From contig JAWCFL010000021.1 in the NCBI GenBank assembly GCA_038858525.1, forward strand, positions 731 to 32,730: a stretch of 32,000 bases of DNA, in the 5' to 3' direction. Under the pieces are notes generated by a model. The model worked only from the letters and a program-made list of their open reading frames with translations. It was not told the DNA's origin and did no database searches. The position numbers and the translations under genes were made by a program. Positions within the stretch are counted from its first letter, which is position 1; each line of letters opens with the position of its first letter. Source of the DNA: Candidatus Jordarchaeales archaeon (GTDB lineage Archaea > Asgardarchaeota > Jordiarchaeia > Jordiarchaeales > Freyrarchaeaceae). Shown one piece after another: positions 18,153 through 28,187 of the stretch.

Positions 18153-19313
18153 ATGGCTGAGAGGCTGTTTAAAATTGCCACAGAAATAGCAGAAGAAGCC
18201 ACTAAAAATGACAGGAAAGGCAATTATAAACAAGCTTGTCAGCAATACTTGCAGGCAGCAGAGATTCTTTACAAATGTATACAGCTGACGAGGAACCCCC
18301 AGCTTAGGGAGGTCTACTTCGAAAGGGCGCAGAAATATGTTAACCGGTGTAAGCAGATTAAAACCACTCTTGCAAAGCCGCACCAGCCCTCCTTATCTGT
18401 CGAGACTAGAGAAAAAGGAGAAAAGGGAGATGGAGGCGAATTAGCTGAGGCGATCGCTGAAACTATACTTGTCGAGAAGCCATCTGTTAAGTGGGATGAC
18501 GTGGCTAATCTCGAAGCGGCTAAGAAGGCTCTCCGTGAAGCGATAATCCTTCCCATGTTAAGGCCAGACTTCTTCAGGGGCGCTCGAAAACCCTGGAAGG
18601 GAATTCTGCTCTTCGGTCCTCCTGGTTGTGGGAAGACTCTTCTAGCAAAGGCTGTGGCATCAGAAGTTAATGCTCACTTCTTTAATGTATCTGCCGCAAC
18701 GCTGGTAAGCAAGTGGCTTGGCGAGTCTGAGAAGCTGGTGAGAGAACTTTTCAGAACGGCAAGGAGTAAGCAGCCAGCGATAATCTTTATCGACGAAATC
18801 GACAGCATAGCTACCACTAGGGACAGAGAAGAGGTAGGTGGGGAAAGGAGGCTTAAAACCCAGTTCATGCAGGAGATCGACGGCGTTACTTCTTCCGATA
18901 AGGATCGAATTGTTGTTTTGGGGGCCACCAATGTGCCTTGGGAGCTTGATCCTGCAGTACGTAGACGCTTTGAAAAGCGAATATACCTTGGATTACCTGA
19001 GTTTGAAGCGCGACGTGAAATATTCAGAATACATACGAAAGGCGTCGACCTGTCTAGCGACGTGAACTTTGATGAGTTAGCAAAGCTAACAGAAGGTTTC
19101 TCTGGAGCAGACATAGCGATCCTCTGCCGGGAAGCCCTAATGGCACCCATAAGAGAGCTGGATGAAGCCGGGCTCTTAACTAAGAGCGACGTGAAGATCC
19201 GTCCAGTAACACGAGACGACTTCCTCGAAGCATTAAGAGTAGTTAAGCCGTCAGTCTCCCCCTCCGAATTAACGAAGTTCAAGGAGTGGGCTAAAGAGTT
19301 CGCCATTGACTAA
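18153..19313 (+). CDS. vps4: Vps4-like AAA ATPase with N-terminal MIT domain
   Basis: MIT three-helix pattern (A...D..GNYKQA...Y..A.E), RKPWKGILLFGPPGCGKT, VSKWLGESEKLV, IFIDEIDS, RRRFEKRIY. Confidence 0.88.
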   Translation: MAERLFKIATEIAEEATKNDRKGNYKQACQQYLQAAEILYKCIQLTRNPQLREVYFERAQKYVNRCKQIKTTLAKPHQPSLSVETREKGEKGDGGELAEAIAETILVEKPSVKWDDVANLEAAKKALREAIILPMLRPDFFRGARKPWKGILLFGPPGCGKTLLAKAVASEVNAHFFNVSAATLVSKWLGESEKLVRELFRTARSKQPAIIFIDEIDSIATTRDREEVGGERRLKTQFMQEIDGVTSSDKDRIVVLGATNVPWELDPAVRRRFEKRIYLGLPEFEARREIFRIHTKGVDLSSDVNFDELAKLTEGFSGADIAILCREALMAPIRELDEAGLLTKSDVKIRPVTRDDFLEALRVVKPSVSPSELTKFKEWAKEFAID

Positions 19314-19330
19314 ACCAAGGAGGCGTCTCT

Positions 19331-20014
19331 ATGGAAAAAATGAGAGAGAAAGAAGAAAAGCGTGAAAAGGAAGTTGAAGAAAAAAGGGAGCACTCTCACT
19401 CTATAGAAGACGCCACGAGGAAGCCCTTATTAGTTGACGAACTTGAACATGTCATGCAAAGAATTTCTGAAGCCGAGGCTTTGCTTTTAGGGGTGCCTGC
19501 GAAACCCATAATGGTCCTCCGTCCTCCACCCATTCCGGAGTGGAGTGTTAAAAGTCCTTGGATGTTCACCAAGCCAAAAGAGGAGCGTTTTCTTAAGTCT
19601 TGGCGAGAAGAGTGGGCTAAGTACGTTCTTGAGTGGGCTGAAGCGCTATTAATTCACCTAATAGGAGTAAACGAAATGCTCTCAAGAGATCTTTTCAAAA
19701 ATCTTTCTATTGACGACCTAGTAGATATACTAGACTATATGTGTCTTAAAAACTGGTGTAAATGGTGGGATAAGAAAAAAACGCTTATTAGAATTTACTG
19801 GAAATCCCTTGAAGAATGGAAAGAAGTAATATGGTCATGGGCTGTTAGCCAAGGACTTGAGTACATAAGTGTAATGGACCTCGCTAACGTTAAAGAAGCA
19901 TTCAGCACAATTCCTCGAGAAGAACTTGAATTTCTCCTCAATAACTTGGTTAAGGAGAAACGGGCTGTATGGGCTGATAAAAAAACCAAAACAATAAAAC
20001 TGATTTTTACTTAA
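19331..20014 (+). CDS. Vps25 (ESCRT-II)-like tandem winged-helix protein with charged/proline-rich N-terminal extension
   Basis: PWMFT.P...SW..EW..YVL and IYWKSLEEW..VIWSW resemble the Vps25 PPFFT/W and YWR..EEW motifs. Directly follows vps4. Confidence 0.65.
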   Translation: MEKMREKEEKREKEVEEKREHSHSIEDATRKPLLVDELEHVMQRISEAEALLLGVPAKPIMVLRPPPIPEWSVKSPWMFTKPKEERFLKSWREEWAKYVLEWAEALLIHLIGVNEMLSRDLFKNLSIDDLVDILDYMCLKNWCKWWDKKKTLIRIYWKSLEEWKEVIWSWAVSQGLEYISVMDLANVKEAFSTIPREELEFLLNNLVKEKRAVWADKKTKTIKLIFT

Positions 20015-20045
20015 TTACTCTGGACGTGTTCTGGGAAGAATTTAC

Positions 20046-20795
20046 TCAATTTAGTTTTAACGTAACCCATGGAGGCAGACCAAAATAGACATCAAAAAGG
20101 AGCATCGTAATTAATATTAAACTTATTGCTATGCTTACCACATAGTCCTCCTTACTCATTTTAAGTTCCTTTAAGCTTGTCCTCCTGCTTTTTGCACCGA
20201 ATCCACGTGCCTCCATACTCTCCGCCATACTCATAGCTTTTCTTGTAGATACGGCAATCAGAGGCATTAAGAGGTACGCATATCCTTTAAGTTTTTCAAT
20301 AATTCCTCCTTTCCGAAAATCAACTCCTCTGGATTTCTGCGCGTCAAAGATTAACTCCGCCTCTCTAATCATAATTGGAACGTAACGTAATGCTATTGAA
20401 AAAGCCATAACGGCCTCCATAGGTAGCCGCAAACACTCCATTATCTGAAGAAGTTCATCCGGAGATGTCGTCACGAGAAGAAGCAAGAAAGATAAAATTA
20501 TAGTAACGAACTTTATAATCATGGTTAAAGCAAATCCTAATGAGAAAAGCATAGCATCTAAAAGAAATATTAATGTCATGAAGTAAATAAAACCTCTAAG
20601 CACCTTTAAAACGTCACTTATAATATGGGCGCGCCAAACGAGGAGCAGAGATAAAACGCAAACCATTAATAGTAAAGTTAGATTCTCTATTAATAACGTA
20701 ATAGTAATGAACGCTCCGGAAAGATAAATTTTCGTTCTCGGGTCGAGGTTATGTATCACGCTAGCCTTCGGATTATACTCAAGTAATCTTAACAA
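20046..20795 (-). CDS. ECF transporter transmembrane subunit EcfT
   Basis: LDPRTK, ALRYVP, AQKSRG, SMEARG motifs. Confidence 0.92.
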   Translation of the reverse strand: MLRLLEYNPKASVIHNLDPRTKIYLSGAFITITLLIENLTLLLMVCVLSLLLVWRAHIISDVLKVLRGFIYFMTLIFLLDAMLFSLGFALTMIIKFVTIILSFLLLLVTTSPDELLQIMECLRLPMEAVMAFSIALRYVPIMIREAELIFDAQKSRGVDFRKGGIIEKLKGYAYLLMPLIAVSTRKAMSMAESMEARGFGAKSRRTSLKELKMSKEDYVVSIAISLILITMLLFDVYFGLPPWVTLKLN

Positions 20796-21613
20796 GCTTT
20801 ACACCTTTTTTCAAGAATTAACGATACTGCATCATTAACCTTAACTGGTATGTTTCCCATTCCCCCCTCGGGAATAAGTCTGCTTATTAGTTCTGCCACC
20901 ACTGGAGGCCTTAAGCCTGTTTTTTCCAGTAATTCAAAATTACTTAACACCTTCTCAGCTTCTCCATCAGTAATTATTTCGCCATCATGTAAGATAATTA
21001 CTCGGGCGTCAAGTTCTGCACAGAACTCCACGTCATGAGTTACTATTATTACGCTTCTTCCCCCAGAAACTGCTTCCCTTACAACCTCATCTATAATCTT
21101 TTTATTTAACCAATCTTGACCTGCCGTTGGTTCATCCATTATAATTATCTCGGGATCTATAGCTATTATAGCCGCTAAATTGACAAGCTTTTTCTCTCCC
21201 CCACTTAGCATTAGAGGATTCCTTCCCCTAAGACCCTCTATGCCAAGTCTCCGTAATGCCTCTACCATCCGCCTCCTAGCGTCTCCCTCTTTAATCCCTA
21301 CTGCTTTAAGGGAGAAAAGTATCTCCTTCTCCACAGTCTCAGAAAACATCTGGTGATCTGGATTCTGGAAAACCACTCCGATCTTCAGTTTTCCCGCTTC
21401 CTTAGTATCTTGATTCACATCAACATTATTTATGAATACTCTTCCTCTTGTCGGTTTCAACAATCCGCTTATTATTCTAACGAGAGTCGTCTTACCTGAC
21501 CCATTAGGTCCCATTATACATACTAGCTCCCCTGCTCTCACTTCTAAACTAACTCCTTTCAAAACATAGGTTGTTCCGTCGTAGCTGTGCCACACGTTTT
21601 CCACTCTAATCAT
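20789..21613 (-). CDS. ECF transporter ATPase
   Basis: GPNGSGKT, VFQNPDHQ, LSGGEKK, MDEPT. Confidence 0.92.
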   Translation of the reverse strand: MIRVENVWHSYDGTTYVLKGVSLEVRAGELVCIMGPNGSGKTTLVRIISGLLKPTRGRVFINNVDVNQDTKEAGKLKIGVVFQNPDHQMFSETVEKEILFSLKAVGIKEGDARRRMVEALRRLGIEGLRGRNPLMLSGGEKKLVNLAAIIAIDPEIIIMDEPTAGQDWLNKKIIDEVVREAVSGGRSVIIVTHDVEFCAELDARVIILHDGEIITDGEAEKVLSNFELLEKTGLRPPVVAELISRLIPEGGMGNIPVKVNDAVSLILEKRCKAC

Positions 21614-22440
21614 TTGAGTGCTTCCTCCAATAGTTTGTACGCTTCATCTACTGAGAGAGGGGGATACGGCAACTCTAACCCTGCCTCCCTAAGTTTCCTA
21701 TAAAGTTCAATAAGCTTAACACTTACCCCGATTCTTCTTGCTTCCTCTGATGATAAAACATCCCGAGGCTTTCCATCAATCAATATGTGCCCCTTTTCCA
21801 TCAAAATGGCTCTAGTAGCATGCCGGGCAAACAGGTCCACCCTATGCTCCGTCACTATGACCGTTATCCCCTCATTATTAAGCTTCTTAACAACCTTAAC
21901 TAGCTTCTCAGCACTATAAGCGTCTAAATTCGCCGTTGGTTCATCTAGAACTATAATGCTCGGATCCAAGGCTAAAATAGACCCTATAGCCACCTTCTGC
22001 TGCTCTCCTCCTGAAAGAGAAAAGGTTCTTCTGCTCATCAAGTGCTTTATGTCTAAAACACCGCTAACCTCCTCTATTCTTCTTATTATTTCACGTCTAT
22101 CCATTGCTAAGTTTTCTGGTCCAAAAGCTAGCTCCTTTTCAACAGTTAATGTTACTAGCTGCTCTTCAGGATTTTGAAAGACTAGTCCAACGTTTAACGC
22201 TAATTTGTAAACCGGGTGAAAGCGTGTATCAAGCCCGTTAACTTTAACATATCCCTCTAGCTTTCCTTTGTGAAAGTGCGGTATAAGCCCGTTAAAACAT
22301 CTGCAAAGCGTCGTTTTGCCGCATCCAGTAGCCCCCAAACATAGAACAAACTCCCCGTCTTCTATCTCAAGGTTGATGTCTCTTATAGCTGGTTGACTTG
22401 CATAATTATACGTGAAAGTTAGTCCCTTAGCGTTGATCAT
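21610..22440 (-). CDS. ECF transporter ATPase
   Basis: GATGCGKT, VFQNPEEQ, LSGGEQQ, LDEPT. Confidence 0.92.
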   Translation of the reverse strand: MINAKGLTFTYNYASQPAIRDINLEIEDGEFVLCLGATGCGKTTLCRCFNGLIPHFHKGKLEGYVKVNGLDTRFHPVYKLALNVGLVFQNPEEQLVTLTVEKELAFGPENLAMDRREIIRRIEEVSGVLDIKHLMSRRTFSLSGGEQQKVAIGSILALDPSIIVLDEPTANLDAYSAEKLVKVVKKLNNEGITVIVTEHRVDLFARHATRAILMEKGHILIDGKPRDVLSSEEARRIGVSVKLIELYRKLREAGLELPYPPLSVDEAYKLLEEALK

Positions 22441-23431
22441 TTAACCCCTCTACGTTGCTTTCCTTTATCTTCTTTTTTAGTATCTCCTGAATCTCTTTGA
22501 AAACAACATTGAGTGGGCTCTCTCCATTAAATCCTGCTGCCAGTGAGTGTCCGCCTCCACTTCCTTTAACTTTGCCTTCCACTTCCTTCATTACTTCTCC
22601 AAGATGGATGCCTGTTTTTTCGTAAAACCTCTTCGTCGCCCTTCCACTTACTCTTGTCTCATCTTTTCTTTCTGAACCAACTATCGCCACATCAGCGCCA
22701 AGCTCTATTAGACCTCTGCCTGCACTTGCCTCATAAGAGCCAACTTGTGTGAAAACAATAATCCACCCGTTAATATCAATAAGCTCTGCTCTTTTAGCTG
22801 CCTTTAATCGTGCCACTCGCTCCGCCCTGTCCATAGTACCCTTCAAGGCTTCTTGCGCAGCCGTATAGTCAGCTCCATTCTCAATTAAGAAAGCAGCAGC
22901 TCTCAGCGTCTTCGGCGTCGCTATGTAAAAGTTTCTACTGTCGTAAAGTATCCCTATAAGTAACGCCGTAGACGCTTTTTCAGAAGGACGAATTCTCGCT
23001 ACTTCAAATAGTTTAGTGATTATTTCAGCAGTAGCGGTAGCATTATGGTCCACTATAAATGAGCTGAAAATGTCCTTATGATTCAGCACGTGATGGTCTA
23101 TCACCATAGTTGGTCTCATAAAAGGTGCATCATGAAACTTCCCTAGTTGCTCAGGAGTCCCAGCATCTACCACGATGAACTTATCGAATGACTCCAGATC
23201 GTTGCTCGTTGAGTAGTCTATCTTTAATTCTTCCGCAATGTTGGCAGTTATACTACTAACTTCGTCGCTCAGCGTTGAGAACTCCGCCCTACATCCCATT
23301 GCCCACGCTAGGCACTCTAACGCATATGCACTACATAAAGCATCAGGGTCAGCGTTCTGATGACAAATTACTGCTACCTTTATGCTCTTTCTCCCGAGGA
23401 ACCTCCGCAGAGTTTTCAGCTCTCTTCGCAA
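22427..23431 (-). CDS. DHH/DHHA1 phosphoesterase
   Basis: CHQNADPDA, VVD, IDHH, GILYDS, GGGHSLAAG. Confidence 0.9.
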   Translation of the reverse strand: MRRELKTLRRFLGRKSIKVAVICHQNADPDALCSAYALECLAWAMGCRAEFSTLSDEVSSITANIAEELKIDYSTSNDLESFDKFIVVDAGTPEQLGKFHDAPFMRPTMVIDHHVLNHKDIFSSFIVDHNATATAEIITKLFEVARIRPSEKASTALLIGILYDSRNFYIATPKTLRAAAFLIENGADYTAAQEALKGTMDRAERVARLKAAKRAELIDINGWIIVFTQVGSYEASAGRGLIELGADVAIVGSERKDETRVSGRATKRFYEKTGIHLGEVMKEVEGKVKGSGGGHSLAAGFNGESPLNVVFKEIQEILKKKIKESNVEGLNDQR

Positions 23432-23693
23432 CTTCTCTCAGCCTTTCATCTATTTTCTCCATAGCTACGTCTATTGCCTTTTCAACCAGCTCGTTGACAT
23501 CTACCCTAGCTAGACTAGATACTTCTAAGTCAACTTCCACGTTAAAAATTATTTCTTCTTCCACACTCGAAGAAACTACCACGTTTAGCCTTTGTACGTC
23601 CTTTTTTCTGCAGCGAGAAAAAATATATTTTCGTGCTGCCTGCTCCGCTAAGGCGCACGTTTCTTCTAAGTCTTCTTCCCTCAAAAATGCCAT
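23349..23693 (-). CDS. DUF3194-like conserved archaeal protein
   Basis: AE.AAR.YIFS...VEVDL...A...A pattern and position after pfdB. Tail overlaps the DHH gene by 83 nt. Confidence 0.65.
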   Translation of the reverse strand: MAFLREEDLEETCALAEQAARKYIFSRCRKKDVQRLNVVVSSSVEEEIIFNVEVDLEVSSLARVDVNELVEKAIDVAMEKIDERLREVAKRAENSAEVPREKEHKGSSNLSSER

Positions 23694-23706
23694 TACTCTT
23701 TCTTCT

Positions 23707-24099
23707 TTATCCAGCTGGGGAAACCCCCCCTTGAAGAGCTGCTTGAATCTTCTCTCGCATCTCCTCCAGTTGTTGCCTTGAGCGCTCCTCCTGCCTTTTA
23801 AGGGTCTTTATCCTAGTATCAATGCTCACCTTTAAATCTTCTAGCTCCCCTTTAACCTTACTAGGGTCCGCTTTAACCAAGAGAGGTCCAACTATCTTGT
23901 AAACTGCATCCTCTGGTTTCACGCCTTCCAATTCTTTAAGCGCCATCTCTGTCTCCCTTAGTTGAATTTCAAGTTGAGTGCGTTGGGATATCAGCAACTC
24001 CAAGCTCTGTTGGAGCTGTTGCATCCTAATTATCTGTTGTTGAATTTGAGGGGGAATCTCGCTTGACGTTATTTTAAGTCCCTCCTTTAACAATCTCAC
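23707..24099 (-). CDS. pfdB: Prefoldin beta subunit (start uncertain)
   Basis: IPPQIQ, coiled coils, VYKIVG.LLVK, superoperon position. Confidence 0.92.
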   Translation of the reverse strand: MRLLKEGLKITSSEIPPQIQQQIIRMQQLQQSLELLISQRTQLEIQLRETEMALKELEGVKPEDAVYKIVGPLLVKADPSKVKGELEDLKVSIDTRIKTLKRQEERSRQQLEEMREKIQAALQGGVSPAG

Positions 24100-24328
24100 A
24101 TATATCGCATATCGTCTTTACCCACCTTAAATAGGCGTTAAGCGCCGCTCTAAAAGCAACAGTATCGCTCGCCTCAAACTCGAATGTTAATTTACCGTCC
24201 TCCTTTTTTAATTTTCCTATGTACCTCTCACTTATTCTTTCTCTTGTCTCTGGAAGAATAGCCCTAAAGATCGTTTCCGAATACTCAGTTTCCAACTCTA
24301 CTACTGCCCTAATTTTTTTAACATTCAA
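24074..24328 (-). CDS. pcc1: KEOPS subunit Pcc1
   Basis: IF.AI.PE...ASD..A.RAALNAYLRWV; superoperon position. Confidence 0.85.
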   Translation of the reverse strand: MNVKKIRAVVELETEYSETIFRAILPETRERISERYIGKLKKEDGKLTFEFEASDTVAFRAALNAYLRWVKTICDICEIVKGGT

Positions 24329-24843
24329 AGTGAACCCAACCTAAGTACTTTAAACTTTATCCGTGGCCCTACTTCCTCTCCTCCTATTTTAAAGTCCATT
24401 ATGAATTCTTCTCCACTCGAACTTATCGTGATCGACACCACTTTATTTTCCTCATCATCTCTGCTTACTTCAAAAATTTTAGATAAAAACTTTGTCAGTT
24501 CCGTTTGCTCCTTGCTCTCTATTACTACTCTCTCAACTTTCCCTATTTTTCCATCTTTTCTGATCTCTCTTTGAAGTTTTACTCCCTTTACTCTAAATAT
24601 TGCTAATGGTTTTTTTACGTCTGTCGCGCTCGCACGGTAAAAAAGCATGCTTCCGGGGTTTCCTTTCCATGTCTCAACTATGAGCACATAGGGAAGCCCT
24701 CTCTGGGCTGCTTCAGCTAACACTTCGTATACGCTCTTTTTTCCTCTATTTATTTTAACAGCTCCGGGAATAACCTGCGCAAGATCCTTACAGAAACTTC
24801 TAACCCGTCTCGTCGGCCGCCTAGATGTGGTTATCAGGATCAT
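24325..24843 (-). CDS. Brix-domain ribosome biogenesis protein
   Basis: MILITTSRRPTRRVRSF..DL, INRGK, C-terminal GPR. Confidence 0.9.
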   Translation of the reverse strand: MILITTSRRPTRRVRSFCKDLAQVIPGAVKINRGKKSVYEVLAEAAQRGLPYVLIVETWKGNPGSMLFYRASATDVKKPLAIFRVKGVKLQREIRKDGKIGKVERVVIESKEQTELTKFLSKIFEVSRDDEENKVVSITISSSGEEFIMDFKIGGEEVGPRIKFKVLRLGSL

Positions 24844-24844
24844 C

Positions 24845-25108
24845 CTATTCTTTCAGTCCCTCTATCGCTCTTCCTTTCTCCTTTCCTGCTCCAGTAATGG
24901 GGACATATGCTCCACCAGCAAAAGTATACCCGCATTTTTTACAGGACCATATTCCTATAGAAACACGCTTAACTGCTTTCGTATTGCAGCTGGGACACTT
25001 ATGTTTTTGCTTCATCTGAACTTCTATTTTTCTTAACCTATCCCTTATACGTAACCCGTATCTAGCTCCAAATCTTCCCGCTGGTCCTACTTTCTTAGTT
25101 CTACCCAT
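24845..25108 (-). CDS. rpl37ae: Ribosomal protein eL43 (L37ae)
   Basis: [21 protein letters not shown]...[17 protein letters not shown] at 25108. Confidence 0.97.
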   Translation of the reverse strand: MGRTKKVGPAGRFGARYGLRIRDRLRKIEVQMKQKHKCPSCNTKAVKRVSIGIWSCKKCGYTFAGGAYVPITGAGKEKGRAIEGLKE

Positions 25109-25114
25109 CGACAA

Positions 25115-25936
25115 TCAGCTCCCTCTATTTTTTAGTAATGGCATGAAATACTTTTCACGTATTTCTTTTCCTTTTTCGATCGCTATTTCTAATGCTTCAT
25201 TAATATCTTTCTCACTTAAGACCCCATCCTCGCTTTTCTGAACAGCAACCACCCTGCCTTCTTTATCTGTTACTATAGTGAGCCGGCATTCCATTGCTCT
25301 TTCTTCATCTAACATTGGATCGAGGAGGATGTGTTCTCCAATCTTGCTGAACGTAAGTGAGACCGGCAAATCTCTTATTGGTAAGAGTTCCTTATCGTCT
25401 AAGCGCTTTACTTCGCCGTTTTTCACTTCCACTTTAGGTATTCTTGTTGAGAGGAGAGCTGCAACTGCCGCATACGATGCGGCGTCAAAAAGATTTCCGT
25501 TATCGTCAAGAATGTAAAGGTCTATAAAGAGAATCCAAACTTTTTCTCCCGGGATTATGCAAAGTTTTTCCATATCTACCATTTCAGTTTCTCTTATACC
25601 TCTATCAACTACCCGGGCTAGCTCTATAGCATCTTCTTGTGGAGGGCCTGCTTCAAATAATGGAGACGCCAAAGGAATAAGCTCTGCGTTACAAGTGATA
25701 ACACCTTTATTCGGCTCATCCGGAAACGGAGCACCTATCTCTGCTTTGACTCCCGCAATGACCTTTGTTTCGCCTAAGGATACTTTAGCGGACCCCTCCG
25801 CTTTCTTAATGAGCTCCGTCTCTATAGTTATAGGCCTCATTTCTCTCAGTGTTCTTCCATCTGCTCTTCGTCCCTTGTTTGCCAAGGAAATAATGAATCT
25901 TCTCTCAATTTCCGAAAGGACGTCATGCATTCTCAT
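25115..25936 (-). CDS. rrp42: Exosome subunit Rrp42
   Basis: [36 protein letters not shown]. Confidence 0.96.
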   Translation of the reverse strand: MRMHDVLSEIERRFIISLANKGRRADGRTLREMRPITIETELIKKAEGSAKVSLGETKVIAGVKAEIGAPFPDEPNKGVITCNAELIPLASPLFEAGPPQEDAIELARVVDRGIRETEMVDMEKLCIIPGEKVWILFIDLYILDDNGNLFDAASYAAVAALLSTRIPKVEVKNGEVKRLDDKELLPIRDLPVSLTFSKIGEHILLDPMLDEERAMECRLTIVTDKEGRVVAVQKSEDGVLSEKDINEALEIAIEKGKEIREKYFMPLLKNRGS

Positions 25937-26699
25937 CTCCTCCTTCTTCCTCTTCTTCTTCAGACTCTTTTCTTACTGCCATGTATCTTTCTATCAGTGC
26001 TTGCCTTTGAAGTTTATATATCTCCATGCATCCGTCTATTGCCATTTTGTACGCCTCAATAAATTCTTCTTTAGTCATACGCCCATCCATCTGTAGAAGT
26101 GTAATAAACCGTTTTCTAGGCATAACTGCTACCGGCATATCCGCTTCTCCCAGTTTGTCTTCAACGTCGTTAGGATCTAAAACTAGTTGTCCATTGACTT
26201 TACCTACGGCGCAGGCAGTAACAAGGTCCCGCATAGGTACACCTGCATCTGCAAGCGCTAGGGACGCCGCTGTTATGCTTGCGCACCTTGTACCTCCATC
26301 AGCCTGAAGTACTTGAATATAAACATCTATAGTTGACCTTGGAAAGTTCTTGAGGAATATTGCAGGCGCTAGAGCACCTTTGATCACTTTTGATAACTCC
26401 AGTTCTCTTCTTGAAGGCGCTGGGTTTTTTCTTTCCTCCACCGAAAAAGTAGCCATCCTGTAAACGCATTGCAGAATTGCTGTATCTGGTCTAGCTAAGT
26501 GTTTTGGATGCAACTCCCTTGGCCCGTAAACGGCCACAAGAATTTTGTTGTTTCCCTGCTCTATATACGCTGATCCATCAGCTCTCGAAAGTACGCCTAC
26601 CTCAAGTTTTATCGGTCTAAGCTCACGAGCGCCTCTACCATCCACTCTAATGCCGTTTTTTAAAAGTTCTTCTCGAGAATATTTACTACCTGAATTCAT
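25923..26699 (-). CDS. rrp41: Exosome subunit Rrp41
   Basis: [36 protein letters not shown]. Confidence 0.97.
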   Translation of the reverse strand: MNSGSKYSREELLKNGIRVDGRGARELRPIKLEVGVLSRADGSAYIEQGNNKILVAVYGPRELHPKHLARPDTAILQCVYRMATFSVEERKNPAPSRRELELSKVIKGALAPAIFLKNFPRSTIDVYIQVLQADGGTRCASITAASLALADAGVPMRDLVTACAVGKVNGQLVLDPNDVEDKLGEADMPVAVMPRKRFITLLQMDGRMTKEEFIEAYKMAIDGCMEIYKLQRQALIERYMAVRKESEEEEEEGGDENA

Positions 26700-26718
26700 T
26701 GGTTTTCCTCCATTCGCC

Positions 26719-27405
26719 TCAAGTTTTTTGGGAAATTAATTCTCGTATTCTATCAGTAAGTCCCGTCGTGTGCGCTTCTTTTTCAATCTGCCTTATTGCT
26801 TTAACAACCAGCTCCTCACTTTCTGGGCTACTACCAGACACCCAAATTAACCCATTCTGCCCTATTACGATTTGGCATTCTGTCTTCTTCTTGATCATAT
26901 TTATCATTGACCCTCTCCGTCCGATAAGCCTCGGTATCTTCGTAGGTGCCATTCTCACTAGTCTTCCCCCCTCAAGCTTTCTAAGATTTTTTTCTTTCAT
27001 AGTAAGTACTGGAGGTTGTGTTCTATCAAATGCCAAAATCTTTGCAACTATTAAGTCTCCAATATCATATATTCGTCGCAAATCCGTTTTAACGGGGTCA
27101 ACTGGTTTTCCTGAGACATTCATAGGGCTAAGGGTAGCTAGATAGGGAGCAAGTATGTCAACATCCCAAGAAGTTAACTTGACATTAACTATTTTACCTA
27201 TAACAGTATCGCCCGGTTTGGGCATGTAAACGCCTTCGAGAGGGACGACAACCACACTGTCCTCTCTAATTTCTGCCAGTCCAATTACTGTTGCCAGAAT
27301 TTTGTCTCCTTCTCTAAATGTTCCTTCACCGGACTTGAACTTATTTCCTTCAGCCAATATTTCGCCCGGAAGCACAATCTGTCTTTTTTTAACGTGAACA
27401 ACCAA
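26719..27405 (-). CDS. rrp4: Exosome subunit Rrp4
   Basis: [39 protein letters not shown] start after GGAGG. Confidence 0.95.
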   Translation of the reverse strand: MVVHVKKRQIVLPGEILAEGNKFKSGEGTFREGDKILATVIGLAEIREDSVVVVPLEGVYMPKPGDTVIGKIVNVKLTSWDVDILAPYLATLSPMNVSGKPVDPVKTDLRRIYDIGDLIVAKILAFDRTQPPVLTMKEKNLRKLEGGRLVRMAPTKIPRLIGRRGSMINMIKKKTECQIVIGQNGLIWVSGSSPESEELVVKAIRQIEKEAHTTGLTDRIRELISQKT

Positions 27406-27448
27406 CGTCGTTTCCTCCTTTTTCCTAAAAAATATTTTCAATAGGTTG

Positions 27449-28168
27449 CTAGAGAAATTTGATTTCTGCTTTGCCCTTGGTTGCCATGTTGACCGCATTT
27501 ATTAATTGTCCTTTTAGCCCTCCTGGTATTTCGATCAGAGCTATCCAAGAACCGTCGGCTTGCCACTCCCCCTTAACTATGTTCCCTAATCTTTCTAGGA
27601 CGCTATATCCTTTCCCTGCATGTTCTGGTGGGAATTTAACGGCTACTCTGATCGTCTCCATTTTTATAGGGATCACTTTCTGTATTTGTTTGAGAACGTC
27701 TTTTACCTGTTCTTCTGCGCTTCTCCAAATATCTATTTGGACCTTTGCCTCCTCCATTGCGTTTTCGATTCGTGTGGGTGGATGGGGGAGCCCTGTCTGA
27801 GGGTTTACACATGTCCTAGCTAAGATCGCTATTATCTTCTTCTTTTTTTGTTCCAAGAATTCGCGGCGTTGCTCTTGGGTTAGTTGCAGCTCACCTTTTT
27901 TTAATATGACCTTTGCGACTTCGAAGACGTCTGTTGTACCAAAGACTCTTTCTATGTCCTCTTCTGTTGCTTTTTCCCCTCTACGTGCGTTTTCATATAT
28001 TACGAAGGTTTGAATTATATCTGTGGGATCCACATTTTTTCCCGTCTTATACTCCCAAGCTTTCCTAACATCCACTAATATTTCAAATGTTTTCCCCTCT
28101 TTCTCGTATCTGGCGATCGATGTATTTTCTCCGAATTCTACTCTTTTTTCTCCTCTAATCTGTGACAT
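27449..28168 (-). CDS. SBDS/Sdo1 ribosome maturation factor
   Basis: G..FEILV, FGTTD, GELQLT.EQR, PHPPTRIENAMEEA. Confidence 0.95.
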   Translation of the reverse strand: MSQIRGEKRVEFGENTSIARYEKEGKTFEILVDVRKAWEYKTGKNVDPTDIIQTFVIYENARRGEKATEEDIERVFGTTDVFEVAKVILKKGELQLTQEQRREFLEQKKKKIIAILARTCVNPQTGLPHPPTRIENAMEEAKVQIDIWRSAEEQVKDVLKQIQKVIPIKMETIRVAVKFPPEHAGKGYSVLERLGNIVKGEWQADGSWIALIEIPGGLKGQLINAVNMATKGKAEIKFL

Positions 28169-28187
28169 AAAGCATCTTTCCTCGCCT

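Noticed and set aside
23349-23431. 83-nt overlap of DUF3194 and DHH as a hidden intron
   Set aside because: The local hairpin has only a 2-nt bulge and a wobble-rich helix. Both frames are complete without splicing.
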